Below, piece after piece: positions 37,901-46,180 of a DNA stretch of 64,000 nucleotides; position 1 is the stretch's first letter; the number at the start of each line of letters is the position of its first letter. The stretch comes from a virus. The notes beneath the pieces are model-generated. The model ran no database searches and had not been told where the DNA came from. It was given only the letters and a program-made list of their open reading frames with translations. Location: positions 23,959-87,958 of IMG/VR virus record IMGVR_UViG_3300030430_004034. One strand, written 5' to 3'. A program made the position numbers and the translations under genes.

Positions 37901-38306
37901 TTATTTCTGTGATTTTTGCAAAATGGTGTTGCAATAAATCATCTGAATGTAAAAGAACGAAGTAGTCGTATGTTTGATTAGAGAGTGGTGAAATGCCGTC
38001 AAGTTGTAGTCCGGTTTGAGAGTTTTCATCCCAACAATGAATCGTATATCCTTCCGTGTTGCTTAAATTGGAATACTCCGTTCCTGCTGAATCACTACCC
38101 TGTAGTTGCTGAACAAAGTTTTGGCTATGAGAGCCGTCTGTTGAAATGTAGGCATAAAGTCTCGGATTGGATGGCGAAGAACCAGCGTTGCTAACGAACA
38201 GAGGGTTAGTAGGACAGTCAAAATTGACATTGTTCGTAGCGTCATTGATTGTTGTGACAATCGTGGGATTCGGGGAAGTCCCTTTACGCATAGCGAATAC
38301 TGCCAT
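31992..38306 (-). CDS. Giant tail-tip / hub protein
   Basis: 2104 aa, beta-rich; hub-like C-terminus (NEIIVYG...SI..IG...LRAGDTI...ILEMEH...LELG). Confidence 0.65.
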   Translation of the reverse strand: MAVFAMRKGTSPNPTIVTTINDATNNVNFDCPTNPLFVSNAGSSPSNPRLYAYISTDGSHSQNFVQQLQGSDSAGTEYSNLSNTEGYTIHCWDENSQTGLQLDGISPLSNQTYDYFVLLHSDDLLQHHFAKITEIKQDEVSGDRFDFEPRLGKQIPKDTKFMVFRGPLKTETSIVALSIGIKNENITSGSSTYKYDKSYTCARPLFYFYSERLDKENELDHNTKYFIKYIDATPATTITPNINNAFVTTTDFSKRIIDYSKYTMKAVLVDKLRDLDDPTENAITSSEGFTLPSNDFTDYSKCFFNARRDANDVYDQTDASTLALTGPSRYAHYSFSPEKANTNFTLADFNVFESVGSKGGYAEVKLIDTQRILPSKIKKDDLLRIRHRLHSANLSEFFPLKATISSQSGTNFVFNTEYDLSTLLAEGDEVKIADRIYIIASTGSAIGSFSSNQQTIVMTTSTRLESSNIFAATSLTGITNSGDRLFRRAWSQSKGNLLTTFKIIENRHHNVKVIFNDLVEASVSSSNATTKTLSLSFDDSLYESESSIGFIEGAYSIEIERFEGTIEQINTEREFGQNFMKLFGRSTYSKLISPIITKNFLHSKDMIYSSHSPHKLGVFCGTSNTVLFSSNTLTLASVASAPEVGDEIFVYYSNLNFSYAGRVQAYNSSTKVVTLEGKSLATTGKLTLGSSVAHTTFNIYKTNTKPYVFNKALTSNNRLEETTTSLVGASEKGIFFESGLDLSDNSSLIKTSKSTDDKAIGYHLHNVSNIDKDNDFQAELSDGASSPSLANFNTVNSLIDFTVVSQSTKDGKTLIELAPYIPVSLGRLDFNDADSTDLDLELVGQTVGTVTTASERRYIEVTSFGNSPSEGDPIYIRPSISDEGVFVGYITQITKPSTSTNYRIYVDRVVSHGASERVERLDDFSPLSGQNYQEKYTQDLYLVNGEHLHGGKFVSLLHPLFTSNDLPATFNTYTAQRSQSTTTTERYGTPQYRIMHLEKGVFDFTSLAITDIALKFGNFYEGGSKIKYYASCYKVNPIKHFTSSIYYDGTIGRKFTFSNSNHLPIEMRGNFPAGGSLFFDYNVYESGHTKPVIVDVHPPTISEEVKKSKYVSKDYLEQFDAKSRRLFLFSTSDLTPYSKRRTDSLLSTSVLTDKEDLKKYKVMLLTAPVEGATSENQSKYSSNGSAIKYTDENYIDCSISEVDKNPASLKAGAIMRLTEVVFDFAFNQFNPEKPPKKSRSIPSLIYQYHSIAAVTDSGGSNVSVSSYGSSNITLSASVTLSDNDLLVDANGKLIGVVNGNQTGSTITLDEDPIPTNSGSAYTGVLHKATTKKTTIKGHGEKDSFLRFEEGITFHKGTIHNDTYRPESSPFTIFGHALDSPAGTTTHTNSFSNLILPISFNDNDRIGNNISGHPSRLLKKIDALTDNTNSSPDDGFKDSLTGFIFDRYNIESGNRGGFQLSKGTVFPNNDNTHLRKYSNNITTLNMGLSRQFMTHDGPSGGSRTATSSDGEGVFMGFKARIELDTSQSNITREDNVGPGNKSIYFYRITNSEILDFISDLTGCYLVSEAGLEYETGTATGASGSVGGINNTMPNKIGYVLSHEIETDNTTLTHIIQVDSDLTNGFYRVMQPNETTFYDFTPNRIKLNVMSSEYTKVAYENKTYDGMRDYSLAYGTGGRDSPISTNAGNNEAVLSMYVVVDPDKQDSNVTQEKDEVVARNHFFAFTTFNEFPFRNEVDFSACISDGINTHKSPINMKILGTNLGSYLEIGEMKEKHGVVSISETFTITTPQNITNTAKRAMIGSVVNISHEADDIVNDLLESNDIEHEIPDSTYPLFLAPNFKSVDLFSAVNYVLNRKDRDLIFEDSSFKVKESDDADLHPSLFISDRNQKIQIKDFKKSSGLFDFYNEIIVYGASHVSEKRNLRSIQRIGKKTLEVEDPSIFTQEDVDEKAIELLRLHSKLNEKVSVELGHSGLSQLRAGDTISLELVQENVPKNEYQILEMEHRIDGFVKLELGRFSKGMEDRFAELLISTNANRANLRSKELSRPNENASLLDLVSLRERKLMVQKRESSATTNKIGFVRTIGFSAPLSTGTITTTTVREVDF

Positions 38307-39466
38307 TATTCATCCACCTCTTCAAATCTGAAATACAGCAAAACTTCTGCGAATCTAGGGTTCAATGTGGTTAAGTCAAATGTTTCTCTAGCACCGTTGG
38401 TAAAAGCAAACTCGTGCATTTCTCCCATAAATTGATTGTTGCTATGTGAGGTATCTCTACCTGTAGCACCAACACCGTTTGCTCCTAGAAACATATCGGT
38501 TTGCGTAAAAGAAAAGTCTCCTGTTTCTGTGTGTTCTGTAGAAGCCACTTCCTTTCCGCCATAATATATTCTCATTTCTCGTGTTAAGTCATTAAATGTA
38601 GCCGCTATGTGGTGAATCTGATTAACATAAAATGGATTTTGTGTTGTGTGTATGAAGATGCTTTTTCCAGCAAGAGAAGTAATACTGCTATCTATGTCAC
38701 GCATGGTCAAAGTGGAGCCGCTTACAGTATTTATGCGTCCTATTTCTATGAAGTCAAACCCTTCCTGAACGAAAATTGTTTGTTCGTCGTGAAAATCTGA
38801 TTCTATGTTAGAAGCGAAAGTTATGAGATTACCGATACTGGAAAATCCCGAAACTGCTACAGAAGTAGCGACCTGAAACTTAACCTTTCCATCAAAGTTG
38901 AAGCCCGTTGCAGAAAGAGTTGAACCTGTTTGTGGTTTACCAGAAATAGGAGATATGACAATAGGGCTTGTCAAGGAAGTGTTCGTACCGTTAATATCAA
39001 CTTCAAACTTTATTCTGTAAGCCGATGGGTTGTTGAAACCATGTTCCGTAGCATTCAAAAGAGATAATTTCACCTTCTCGCTATGGAAAATACGCATCTC
39101 GTATCCATTAAGAGTGCTAGCAGTCCCGTACTTGTTTGTGTTATTGAGATAGCGAAAAGAGGGTCTTTGTTCTCTATTTGTTGAATTATCAAGAATCGTT
39201 TTGCTGATTCCCGGCATCATTTTTTTGCTATTTGTCGTTGAAGGAATACTTGACACTAGCCCATGTCCGTTAATATCGTAAGGAGTGATAGTCGTTTCAA
39301 TTGTAAAGGAGTCTTTATGGTTCCAAATACCATAACGAACATCGTCCGTAGAAATCGCCCCGTCAGCCCCTAGAGGAATATTATCTGAATAATCAATTCT
39401 TACGAATGAATTACACATGACAGGAAAAACCAAACTTCGTTGTTTTCCGGTCAAAAGACGATACAT
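38306..39466 (-). CDS. LamG/concanavalin A-like tail protein
   Basis: FTIETTI...HHIAATF...IYYGG...FLGA...FMGEMHEF. Confidence 0.7.
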   Translation of the reverse strand: MYRLLTGKQRSLVFPVMCNSFVRIDYSDNIPLGADGAISTDDVRYGIWNHKDSFTIETTITPYDINGHGLVSSIPSTTNSKKMMPGISKTILDNSTNREQRPSFRYLNNTNKYGTASTLNGYEMRIFHSEKVKLSLLNATEHGFNNPSAYRIKFEVDINGTNTSLTSPIVISPISGKPQTGSTLSATGFNFDGKVKFQVATSVAVSGFSSIGNLITFASNIESDFHDEQTIFVQEGFDFIEIGRINTVSGSTLTMRDIDSSITSLAGKSIFIHTTQNPFYVNQIHHIAATFNDLTREMRIYYGGKEVASTEHTETGDFSFTQTDMFLGANGVGATGRDTSHSNNQFMGEMHEFAFTNGARETFDLTTLNPRFAEVLLYFRFEEVDE

Positions 39467-39470
39467 GCAA

Positions 39471-40157
39471 TCACTCCAAAGCGTCTTCTATTTTGGTAAT
39501 CAGGTTTCCTTGAGGGAAAACACTCGCAACTTCAAATTGCAAAGTAAACGCAATATCAATCGTCGTAGAATCAATTGTTGTGTTGAAAGAACGAATAAAT
39601 CCTTTGAGTCCTTCTGAGTATTCATTAACAGGGAACGGTTTAGGAAACGCCACCCCCTGATTATCCAATGTTCCTGAAGTTATTCCTCCTTCTCCTCTTG
39701 CGCTAAAGGTAAACGGAATTAATTGAGTAGCACCATCGGGTGTCCGTTGCGCGTAATTTTCATCCACCTTTGAATCAAAAAGAAAAATTAATTCATTGAT
39801 GGCTTGGAAAGACTGTAGGCCCGTGGAGTCTACACTGGAATGAATTAATTGTGCAATTTCAATCGCAGTGAATGTTCTAGTTATAGCACTACTTCCCTTT
39901 GAGAATTTTTTTGTTATGGTGTCTTCTAGAATAAACCCAGTCACAGAAACAGTTTTGCTAGACATACCCAAGTCCAAGGCGGCTGTAACAGATTCTCCGG
40001 TCAATAACCCACTGAATGGTACATCCAAAGAAGGAATAGTTTTGCTTGTGCTGATGTCCACACTTGTTGCCTTCAAAGGAATGATGTTATCTGTCAATTC
40101 ATTTCCCGAGTTTGCCCCGGCCCCAATCCGCAAAAAGACATAATGTTGTGCTGGCAT
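39471..40157 (-). CDS. Distal tail protein-like
   Basis: Immediately after the tape measure gene; tube-like beta pattern. Confidence 0.5.
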   Translation of the reverse strand: MPAQHYVFLRIGAGANSGNELTDNIIPLKATSVDISTSKTIPSLDVPFSGLLTGESVTAALDLGMSSKTVSVTGFILEDTITKKFSKGSSAITRTFTAIEIAQLIHSSVDSTGLQSFQAINELIFLFDSKVDENYAQRTPDGATQLIPFTFSARGEGGITSGTLDNQGVAFPKPFPVNEYSEGLKGFIRSFNTTIDSTTIDIAFTLQFEVASVFPQGNLITKIEDALE

Positions 40158-40161
40158 TTAA

Positions 40162-41568
40162 TCACCCTAATGTTCCTCTAGAAGAAGTTGTTCTGTTCAC
40201 TTCTTTGTTTATCATACTGCCAATCTTGGATGCAATCTGTCTTAATTCAGTATCAGAAGCACCAATTCTTCCTTGAACATTGACGGTAATGTTGTTGGTT
40301 GAACCCGACATTATCTTCTTACTGTCTCTGTTTGAATGCACTCTAGAACCAGTAGGTAACTTAACGATTTCCGGACCCCTTTCTCCAACTAGTTGCAATC
40401 CAGAACCGACGACACCTCCATTAGCAAAGGGATTTAATTTTGCCAAAAGAAGCCCTATTGCGGCAACAACAACGCCCCCTATGGCGATAGGCAAAGCGAC
40501 AAGAAGAGTGGATACTGTGGTTGCAAAAACCATGATGAGACCAATTATTGTAGTGATGGTCCCAATAAGTAAAAAAAGAACGGCTATGCCTTCAAAGTTT
40601 CTTTCTACAAATTGTGCGCCTCTTGCCTTTATTTCGGCTAATGTCTTATCCAATTTTAAACCCAAAACTCCAACAACAAATGCTATTCCTGCCCCAACAG
40701 TTGCCACTAGAACTCCAAATAATCCTGTTAATATGCCTCCTGCTATGGAAAGCAAACCCGAAAAAACTAATTTGAAATTTTCATAAAGAGAGCCTCCCCC
40801 TGTTATGGCTCTAGAAATCAAAGAGAGTCCCTTTTTTATGAAACCAAATGCGGTTCTGAATATTTTAAAAGCAACCTTTAACGCAACTAAAATATTAAAT
40901 ATGCCTTTTTGGAAGTTTTTACTCCTGAAAAATGCGATAAGAAGAGGTATGAGAAGACTGCCGATGAAAATATATTTCAACAACACAGCGGCCACGGCTC
41001 CTATATTCTTGAGAATCCCTCTGAAGCCTATTCTTGACCTCTCTTCTCCTTCTCTTTGGCTTCTTTTGAAAAAGTTTCTTGCGCTTTTGATTAAATCTCC
41101 GCCCATGAAGTTTCCGAAAGCCTTCACTCTAGAAATTTTATTTCCTTCTGCATCAACTCCTGAGATAATCTCTTTGGCTTTGGCGAAATTTTTAGCAAAG
41201 TTTCTTCCCGCACTTAGTAGTAGGCCTCCAGCGGAAGGGTCCTTGATTTTATCAATGAATTTCCCTATTGCTAAGGTGCTTATCTCTACAGCATTTTTCA
41301 CTCGGAAAAACATTGGAATAAATGCGTATCCAAATTTCAAAATCGGCTGTATGTTTACCCCAAACACTTTACCTTCGGGACTACCTAAAGCCCTACCGAA
41401 TCTAGTGAATGCATTCGCTGTCTCTTCTGCTTGGTCGCCTATGTCTTCCATGGCCTCACCCACTTCTGTTTGCGCTTGAATAAGGGGGCGCATTTCAGAA
41501 GTAAGATTTCTCATTACCCTTGTTAGATTTTGAATGGCCGCAGTTTGACGCTGTATCTCATCGGCCAT
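40162..41568 (-). CDS. Tape measure protein
   Basis: Helical and hydrophobic; C-terminal FANGGVV...LVGERGPEIV.LP.GS.V; follows the tail chaperones. Confidence 0.85.
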   Translation of the reverse strand: MADEIQRQTAAIQNLTRVMRNLTSEMRPLIQAQTEVGEAMEDIGDQAEETANAFTRFGRALGSPEGKVFGVNIQPILKFGYAFIPMFFRVKNAVEISTLAIGKFIDKIKDPSAGGLLLSAGRNFAKNFAKAKEIISGVDAEGNKISRVKAFGNFMGGDLIKSARNFFKRSQREGEERSRIGFRGILKNIGAVAAVLLKYIFIGSLLIPLLIAFFRSKNFQKGIFNILVALKVAFKIFRTAFGFIKKGLSLISRAITGGGSLYENFKLVFSGLLSIAGGILTGLFGVLVATVGAGIAFVVGVLGLKLDKTLAEIKARGAQFVERNFEGIAVLFLLIGTITTIIGLIMVFATTVSTLLVALPIAIGGVVVAAIGLLLAKLNPFANGGVVGSGLQLVGERGPEIVKLPTGSRVHSNRDSKKIMSGSTNNITVNVQGRIGASDTELRQIASKIGSMINKEVNRTTSSRGTLG

Positions 41569-41776
41569 CTTTCTTCACCTTCTTCATTTCCTGTTCTATT
41601 GTATCAGACTTCAATTCTTCAAAGTTTCTATGAATGTAGAGAAAATCCATAACCATGCTAGCGGGCATTTTCATAATTTCTAATGGACTCACTGCTAAGG
41701 CTTTACTCACAATGTAAGTAATCAAGAGAGAAGCGGTCGGCAAGTCTTTGGGACCTTGCCTAATCGCCTCTCTCAT
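41558..41776 (-). CDS. Tail assembly chaperone T part (reached by -1 frameshift)
   Basis: In the -1 frame relative to the upstream gene at a slippery site; SPLEIMKMP motif. Confidence 0.7.
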   Translation of the reverse strand: MREAIRQGPKDLPTASLLITYIVSKALAVSPLEIMKMPASMVMDFLYIHRNFEELKSDTIEQEMKKVKKDGR

Positions 41777-42132
41777 TCTTCGTTTTTTTGGCCATCCTCC
41801 GAAAACGCTTCAAGAGGATTTGGTAATATGGCCTTCAACTGTGTTCCAATGAAGGGGTTGAGTCTTACAAGTTCAATCGTAGTCAAACTGGGTTCTGTTT
41901 TGGTGACAAAGTTTTCTACAAGATAACGATACATAGCATTCAAATCAATGTCCATGTCTTGTTTCTTTGCGTCAATTTTCATCAGGGTGGTAAGAGCCTT
42001 TTCTACTTCTAACCAAGTAGGTTCTCTAATCCAAACCTTGAGGCATTCATCGCTTTGTGGCGCTACTTTGAGTTCGTAGCACTTCTCTTCTGTGTGTGCA
42101 AAAAGCACCGATTTATCTTTTACAGTATTCAT
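41773..42132 (-). CDS. Tail assembly chaperone G
   Basis: Between tail tube and tape measure; ends at the slippery site; start MNTVK at 42132. Confidence 0.75.
   Translation of the reverse strand: MNTVKDKSVLFAHTEEKCYELKVAPQSDECLKVWIREPTWLEVEKALTTLMKIDAKKQDMDIDLNAMYRYLVENFVTKTEPSLTTIELVRLNPFIGTQLKAILPNPLEAFSEDGQKNEE
41782..41788 (-). promoter_or_regulatory. -1 programmed ribosomal frameshift heptamer A_AAA_AAC
   Basis: CAA AAA AAC GAA GAA TGA; -1 slippage reads K-R-R-M-R-E-A-I into ORF 41558-41776. Confidence 0.75.
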
Positions 42133-42183
42133 GTTTCTTCCACCTTCATAAAACCAACAAACAAACAATGTTGGTGGAATGCA

Positions 42184-42345
42184 TCACTCTTCTTCGTCTT
42201 TCACGGGTTCCTCCGCTTTGACTTTGGGCTTTCTACCCCTCTTTTTCGGGGCAGGTTTTGCCTTAGCCTCTTCCTGTTCTCTATGCTTTCGCTCACGGTA
42301 TTCTTGCATCTTCGTGTAGCGGTCTTTTCCCTCAATGGTTGCCAA
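42184..42345 (-). CDS. Small charged protein
   Basis: TTG start after GGGGTGA; KPAPKKRGRKPK. Confidence 0.45.
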   Translation of the reverse strand: MATIEGKDRYTKMQEYRERKHREQEEAKAKPAPKKRGRKPKVKAEEPVKDEEE

Positions 42346-42349
42346 GGTA

Positions 42350-44320
42350 TCACCCCTGCAAAATCCAATGCGTCTTGACCGTACATGAGTTGAGCGTCCT
42401 TGGGATGATTGTAGCCTCAACCATGACAGGTCCTTTGTCTTCAGGGATTGGCCAGTTGTTCGTCGTCAGCATGTAGTTGTCAAATTTGAGTCTGATTTGC
42501 TCTCCGTTTTCTTTATCAAAAATCAAATCAATGAGAGCACCACTGTTTGCTAGTTGATTCTCATCCTGATTTTTCAATTCATTGAACAGTTTATCATCGG
42601 TGACAAGTGCAGTAAATGACAACTCGTAGGTTCGCTGTGCAGGAATTGCGTCTTTAACGCTCTTATTTCCAATACCAATGAATCTCTTGTCCGTCAAGGT
42701 GTTATTCATGGTCAAAGTAAAGTTTGTAATTTTCAAGAAGTTTTGCCCAAACAGACTGATTGAACCTCCAGAAAAGAAGAACGGTTCTAGGAATTTATCG
42801 TTATCAGAATAATTCTTGAACGAAGTTTCATCCGTGACTGAGCGACGAGCCGCATACTTTTCTCCCTTGGTTAAGTTGTGAAGTTTACGAGGCATGGTAT
42901 CAAGAGTCATTTTCAACTCTTCGTTTTCGTTGGCTGTCATGGTAAGAGTGTTGATTCTGTTTCCTGTAGCGATGAGAACGAAGTTGGTATCTTCGTCGGC
43001 ATCAGCAGTATTTGTGCTGTAAGTATTCGCAGAGGGTAATTTAGAAAAGACTTGCTCCATAGCAAAGGAAGGAAGGTCGTCCCCGTCTTGTTCAGAAAAA
43101 GTGTAAGTGATTGGATTTGAAATGGTAGTGGTTCCACTAGGTTCTGTCAATTTATGAACATCAGCAGAAGCGTCCTGCCCTCTTAGAAGGGGCGGGTTGA
43201 ACGCAAATTGTTCAGTTGTCCCACTACCTTTCACAAGAGTCCTGTAAAATAAAGGCCCAGTATCCGTGACTGAACTTGAATTAAGATAGTATCCTTCTGT
43301 ATTTGCTCCGACAAAATCGGTGATGGTTGCTGTTATCGTAATACTGCTTCCAGTTCCAGTAGCCGCCGAACTTAATTCAAATGTAGTGGCATTAGTGACC
43401 GAAGCCACAGTTGCGCCAGCAGGGATGTTTGTTCCGGATACCGCCATCCCCGTTTTCAAACCAGCAGTAGAAGTTACTGTAACTGTTGCATCTGTGTTAG
43501 TGGTCGCTCCTCCCGCAAGAACGAGGTCAGGGTCTACCAAAGTTGCAGAAATAGCAGAACACTTACCAAAGAAATAGTAAAGCCAAGCACCATGATTAGC
43601 GACAACATTTACGCTAGCATTTCCGGCAGTCTCAATGCCTTTATACTGGTAAGTGAAGTTTCTACTACCGCCAACGAATAAGTTTTGTTGCTTGAATTCT
43701 ACTTCAAGAGAGGGGAAAGTTAAGGATTCTAGAATCCCCATCCAATAATCAGCGTTCAAATGTTTTAGGTTAGAAGAACCACTGTTTGCGGGGCAAGGAG
43801 CACCATACCCCTTTAGGTGAAAATAATCATTTGAGGTATCTAGAACAACGCTTGAAGGGTGTATTCCGGGGTGGAATGTCAGAGTCGTCGAATCATTGGA
43901 AGTAACTCTGTGACTCGTTGTATGTGTTCCATTATCATAAAACTCAAGAACGCAACCCACATACAAATCATCTACTAAATCAAATCGGCTTGTAAAATCG
44001 GTATCTAAATTCAAGGTCTTGATATTTGTAGCCGTAAAAGTGATGCTACTTCCCGTCCCAGTAGCGGCTTTATCCAAGGTTGCTTGGGTGGCGCTATCAA
44101 CGGTGACAACAACTGCCCCATCCGGTATATTTGTCCCCGTTATTGCCATACCGACAACAACATTTGTATTTGAACCGTATGTAACGACTTTACTATCACT
44201 AGTTGTAGCGCCGGTAGAAAGAGATACGCTCGTAAAAGCCGCAGGTTTCAGATAAATATCAACTTCGGGAACAAATGTTACCGATGCACCGCTTCCTAAA
44301 AATATATTCGTGTTGGTCAT
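42350..44320 (-). CDS. Major tail tube protein with inserted repeat domains
   Basis: Position; tube motifs (LPSFAME...G.RINTLT, NFTLTMNN.L, RTYELSF); two 62-aa inserts. Confidence 0.75.
   Translation of the reverse strand: MTNTNIFLGSGASVTFVPEVDIYLKPAAFTSVSLSTGATTSDSKVVTYGSNTNVVVGMAITGTNIPDGAVVVTVDSATQATLDKAATGTGSSITFTATNIKTLNLDTDFTSRFDLVDDLYVGCVLEFYDNGTHTTSHRVTSNDSTTLTFHPGIHPSSVVLDTSNDYFHLKGYGAPCPANSGSSNLKHLNADYWMGILESLTFPSLEVEFKQQNLFVGGSRNFTYQYKGIETAGNASVNVVANHGAWLYYFFGKCSAISATLVDPDLVLAGGATTNTDATVTVTSTAGLKTGMAVSGTNIPAGATVASVTNATTFELSSAATGTGSSITITATITDFVGANTEGYYLNSSSVTDTGPLFYRTLVKGSGTTEQFAFNPPLLRGQDASADVHKLTEPSGTTTISNPITYTFSEQDGDDLPSFAMEQVFSKLPSANTYSTNTADADEDTNFVLIATGNRINTLTMTANENEELKMTLDTMPRKLHNLTKGEKYAARRSVTDETSFKNYSDNDKFLEPFFFSGGSISLFGQNFLKITNFTLTMNNTLTDKRFIGIGNKSVKDAIPAQRTYELSFTALVTDDKLFNELKNQDENQLANSGALIDLIFDKENGEQIRLKFDNYMLTTNNWPIPEDKGPVMVEATIIPRTLNSCTVKTHWILQG
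43325..44212 (-). repeat. Two copies of a 62-aa domain within the tail tube gene (44027-44212 and 43325-43510)
   Basis: Both read GATT...GMA(I/V)(T/S)GTNIP.GA.V..V..AT...L..AATGTGSSIT.TAT. Confidence 0.9.
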
Positions 44321-44343
44321 AATCCCACTTCCTTACAAACAAA

Positions 44344-44853
44344 CTAAGGGACTGTCTGAGCGAACCGTTTTGCTTCCAAATTGACTTTGTATCCGAATAG
44401 TCGTTTTGCTCTATCATTTGATTCACTTCTCGAACCGATAAATAGTTGATTGAACTTAGAACTATCCGAAGCCTCGTACCCCCTGCGCTTGCTCTCAACC
44501 ACATGACGGGTTATCAAGTATAAAGCCCTTAGCCTGTCTTTCCCAAAATCAGCATCCGTTCCGGCTCTTTCGTCTTGGACGGTCCTAATATGGAGGGTGA
44601 AGGTGTAGATTTCATTTCGTACATCATAAAATACGGTTGGGTACTCAACGGTGTTTGCGTCTTCAAAAACGATGATAACATCCTTTGAGGATAGGTCGTA
44701 TCTAACGCCCTTATTTTTTTCCAAAGAGCGAACATCAACAAAATTTGGTTTTGCTGAATGTGAAACGCTAATCGTCCCAGCGTCTACTAAAGCGGTAGAA
44801 GATGTCGTCCATTGAGTGTTCAACAAATCAATGACAAGACTTACTTCATCCAC
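44344..44853 (-). CDS. Tail completion / terminator-like protein
   Basis: Immediately upstream of the tube gene; GTG start MDEVS at 44853. Confidence 0.55.
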   Translation of the reverse strand: MDEVSLVIDLLNTQWTTSSTALVDAGTISVSHSAKPNFVDVRSLEKNKGVRYDLSSKDVIIVFEDANTVEYPTVFYDVRNEIYTFTLHIRTVQDERAGTDADFGKDRLRALYLITRHVVESKRRGYEASDSSKFNQLFIGSRSESNDRAKRLFGYKVNLEAKRFAQTVP

Positions 44854-45061
44854 GGAACATCCCCTCAATCTTCTTCTGTATTTCTTTGCTAACATGTTCG
44901 GCGTAAGCCATTTCAGCATTCTCAATCATTTCTTCATTTGAAAAGGAAACATCAAAACCTAGCAATCTAGATAACTCAATCATTTGGATATTTCTTTTCT
45001 TCTCTCTTTCTAGAAACCTATTGAAAATATCGGTGGCTTCTCGGAATGACATATCAATCAA
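44846..45061 (-). CDS. Hypothetical neck-region protein
   Basis: Operon-embedded. Confidence 0.5.
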   Translation of the reverse strand: MIDMSFREATDIFNRFLEREKKRNIQMIELSRLLGFDVSFSNEEMIENAEMAYAEHVSKEIQKKIEGMFRG

Positions 45062-46178
45062 TTAGATATAGGAGGTCTTTCTTTCCATCAAGTATTTCCA
45101 TAGCCTCTTTGCGAAGAATATCATATTTCTCTTTTGTAGAAATGTTTCCTCCAGTTTCGGCAATCAGAATCGTTTGGTCGTCATGTCTCAGTATTTCTGC
45201 CGCCGCTAATTTTGTAGCGGCTTCGTGAATGGCAGAAGGCACTCTTCCGTCGCCAGCGACATAATTTACAATCACTGAGTTTTTGTTGTGATAAGGATAC
45301 CTCTTTAGGAAAAAGATTCTACCATCATCGCCCATCATCCAAAAATCCCCTAAACGCTTCATGTCCTGTTTATCGGTGAAACCCTCAACGATGGTGTTAG
45401 AGTTTTCACCGGCTTGGTCAGAAACGGTAATTTGACAATCGGAACCATCCTCTCCTTCCAATAGGCTAGAGATGTGTATTTTTGTGCCGTCGTTGTGGTC
45501 AGTGTAAGCGTAGAAAAAATCAGAAATGTTCAGAGAGTTTGGTGAAGAAGTCAATGCCTTTTCAGAAGTTGCTCCTGTGAATTGTGCTGTCTTTGAAGGA
45601 AATTGTTCATTGATAAGTGCGACGATTTCCTTTGCTGTCGTTTTAGCACCAAAAGTAGAATTGAATCGTGATGAGGCAACAACTGGAGTATCCGCATGGG
45701 CGTGATATTTCAATTCAAAAACATCGCCTGAATTTGGAAGTTGTATTGAAATCTTGTTGATTTTAGTATAGGCGCTACTGTCCAAAGTTATGCTGGCCTG
45801 AGCAGAAGCCAATTCTCTGTAGTTGGTTCCTTCCCAAACTTGGAGACTCACAATCTTCCTAACCTTCATTTGGTGGAGTTGAACGAACCCTACATATCCA
45901 CCATAATACGAATGTATTGGGTGTCTTGAAAACTCAAAATCCTTAAACTCGTCTTTGTGGATAATAGGGCGATAAGAACGACCCACCTTATCATCAATCA
46001 TTCCTTCTACCCTTTTTATGATGCTACCTATTTGGGCGTGTGTAGGGTTGGTTAAAGAGGTAAACTCCGGTATTTGCAAAAGGTCGGATACAGCACCCTT
46101 GTTCGTATAGAATCCCTTTCCTTGGGTGTAGTCAACATCAATTTCTGTGTAATCGCTTGGTGATGATGAGACAGGCAT
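45054..46178 (-). CDS. Head-tail adaptor/connector with an insertion
   Basis: YT....V.DLL...I.R.E..ID...GR and VNYVAG...VPSAIHEAA, typical adaptor motifs. Confidence 0.7.
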   Translation of the reverse strand: MPVSSSPSDYTEIDVDYTQGKGFYTNKGAVSDLLQIPEFTSLTNPTHAQIGSIIKRVEGMIDDKVGRSYRPIIHKDEFKDFEFSRHPIHSYYGGYVGFVQLHQMKVRKIVSLQVWEGTNYRELASAQASITLDSSAYTKINKISIQLPNSGDVFELKYHAHADTPVVASSRFNSTFGAKTTAKEIVALINEQFPSKTAQFTGATSEKALTSSPNSLNISDFFYAYTDHNDGTKIHISSLLEGEDGSDCQITVSDQAGENSNTIVEGFTDKQDMKRLGDFWMMGDDGRIFFLKRYPYHNKNSVIVNYVAGDGRVPSAIHEAATKLAAAEILRHDDQTILIAETGGNISTKEKYDILRKEAMEILDGKKDLLYLID

Positions 46179-46180
46179 GA

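Noticed and set aside
40280-41479. Long + strand ORFs opposite the tape measure gene, and similar ones opposite MCP, tail and GroEL
   Set aside because: Antisense shadows of strongly coding genes, with no SD or motifs and against the block polarity
42350-44320. Contractile tail sheath (large size)
   Set aside because: The size is explained by inserted domains; there is no separate tube gene or baseplate wedge, and the gene order fits a siphovirus-type tube
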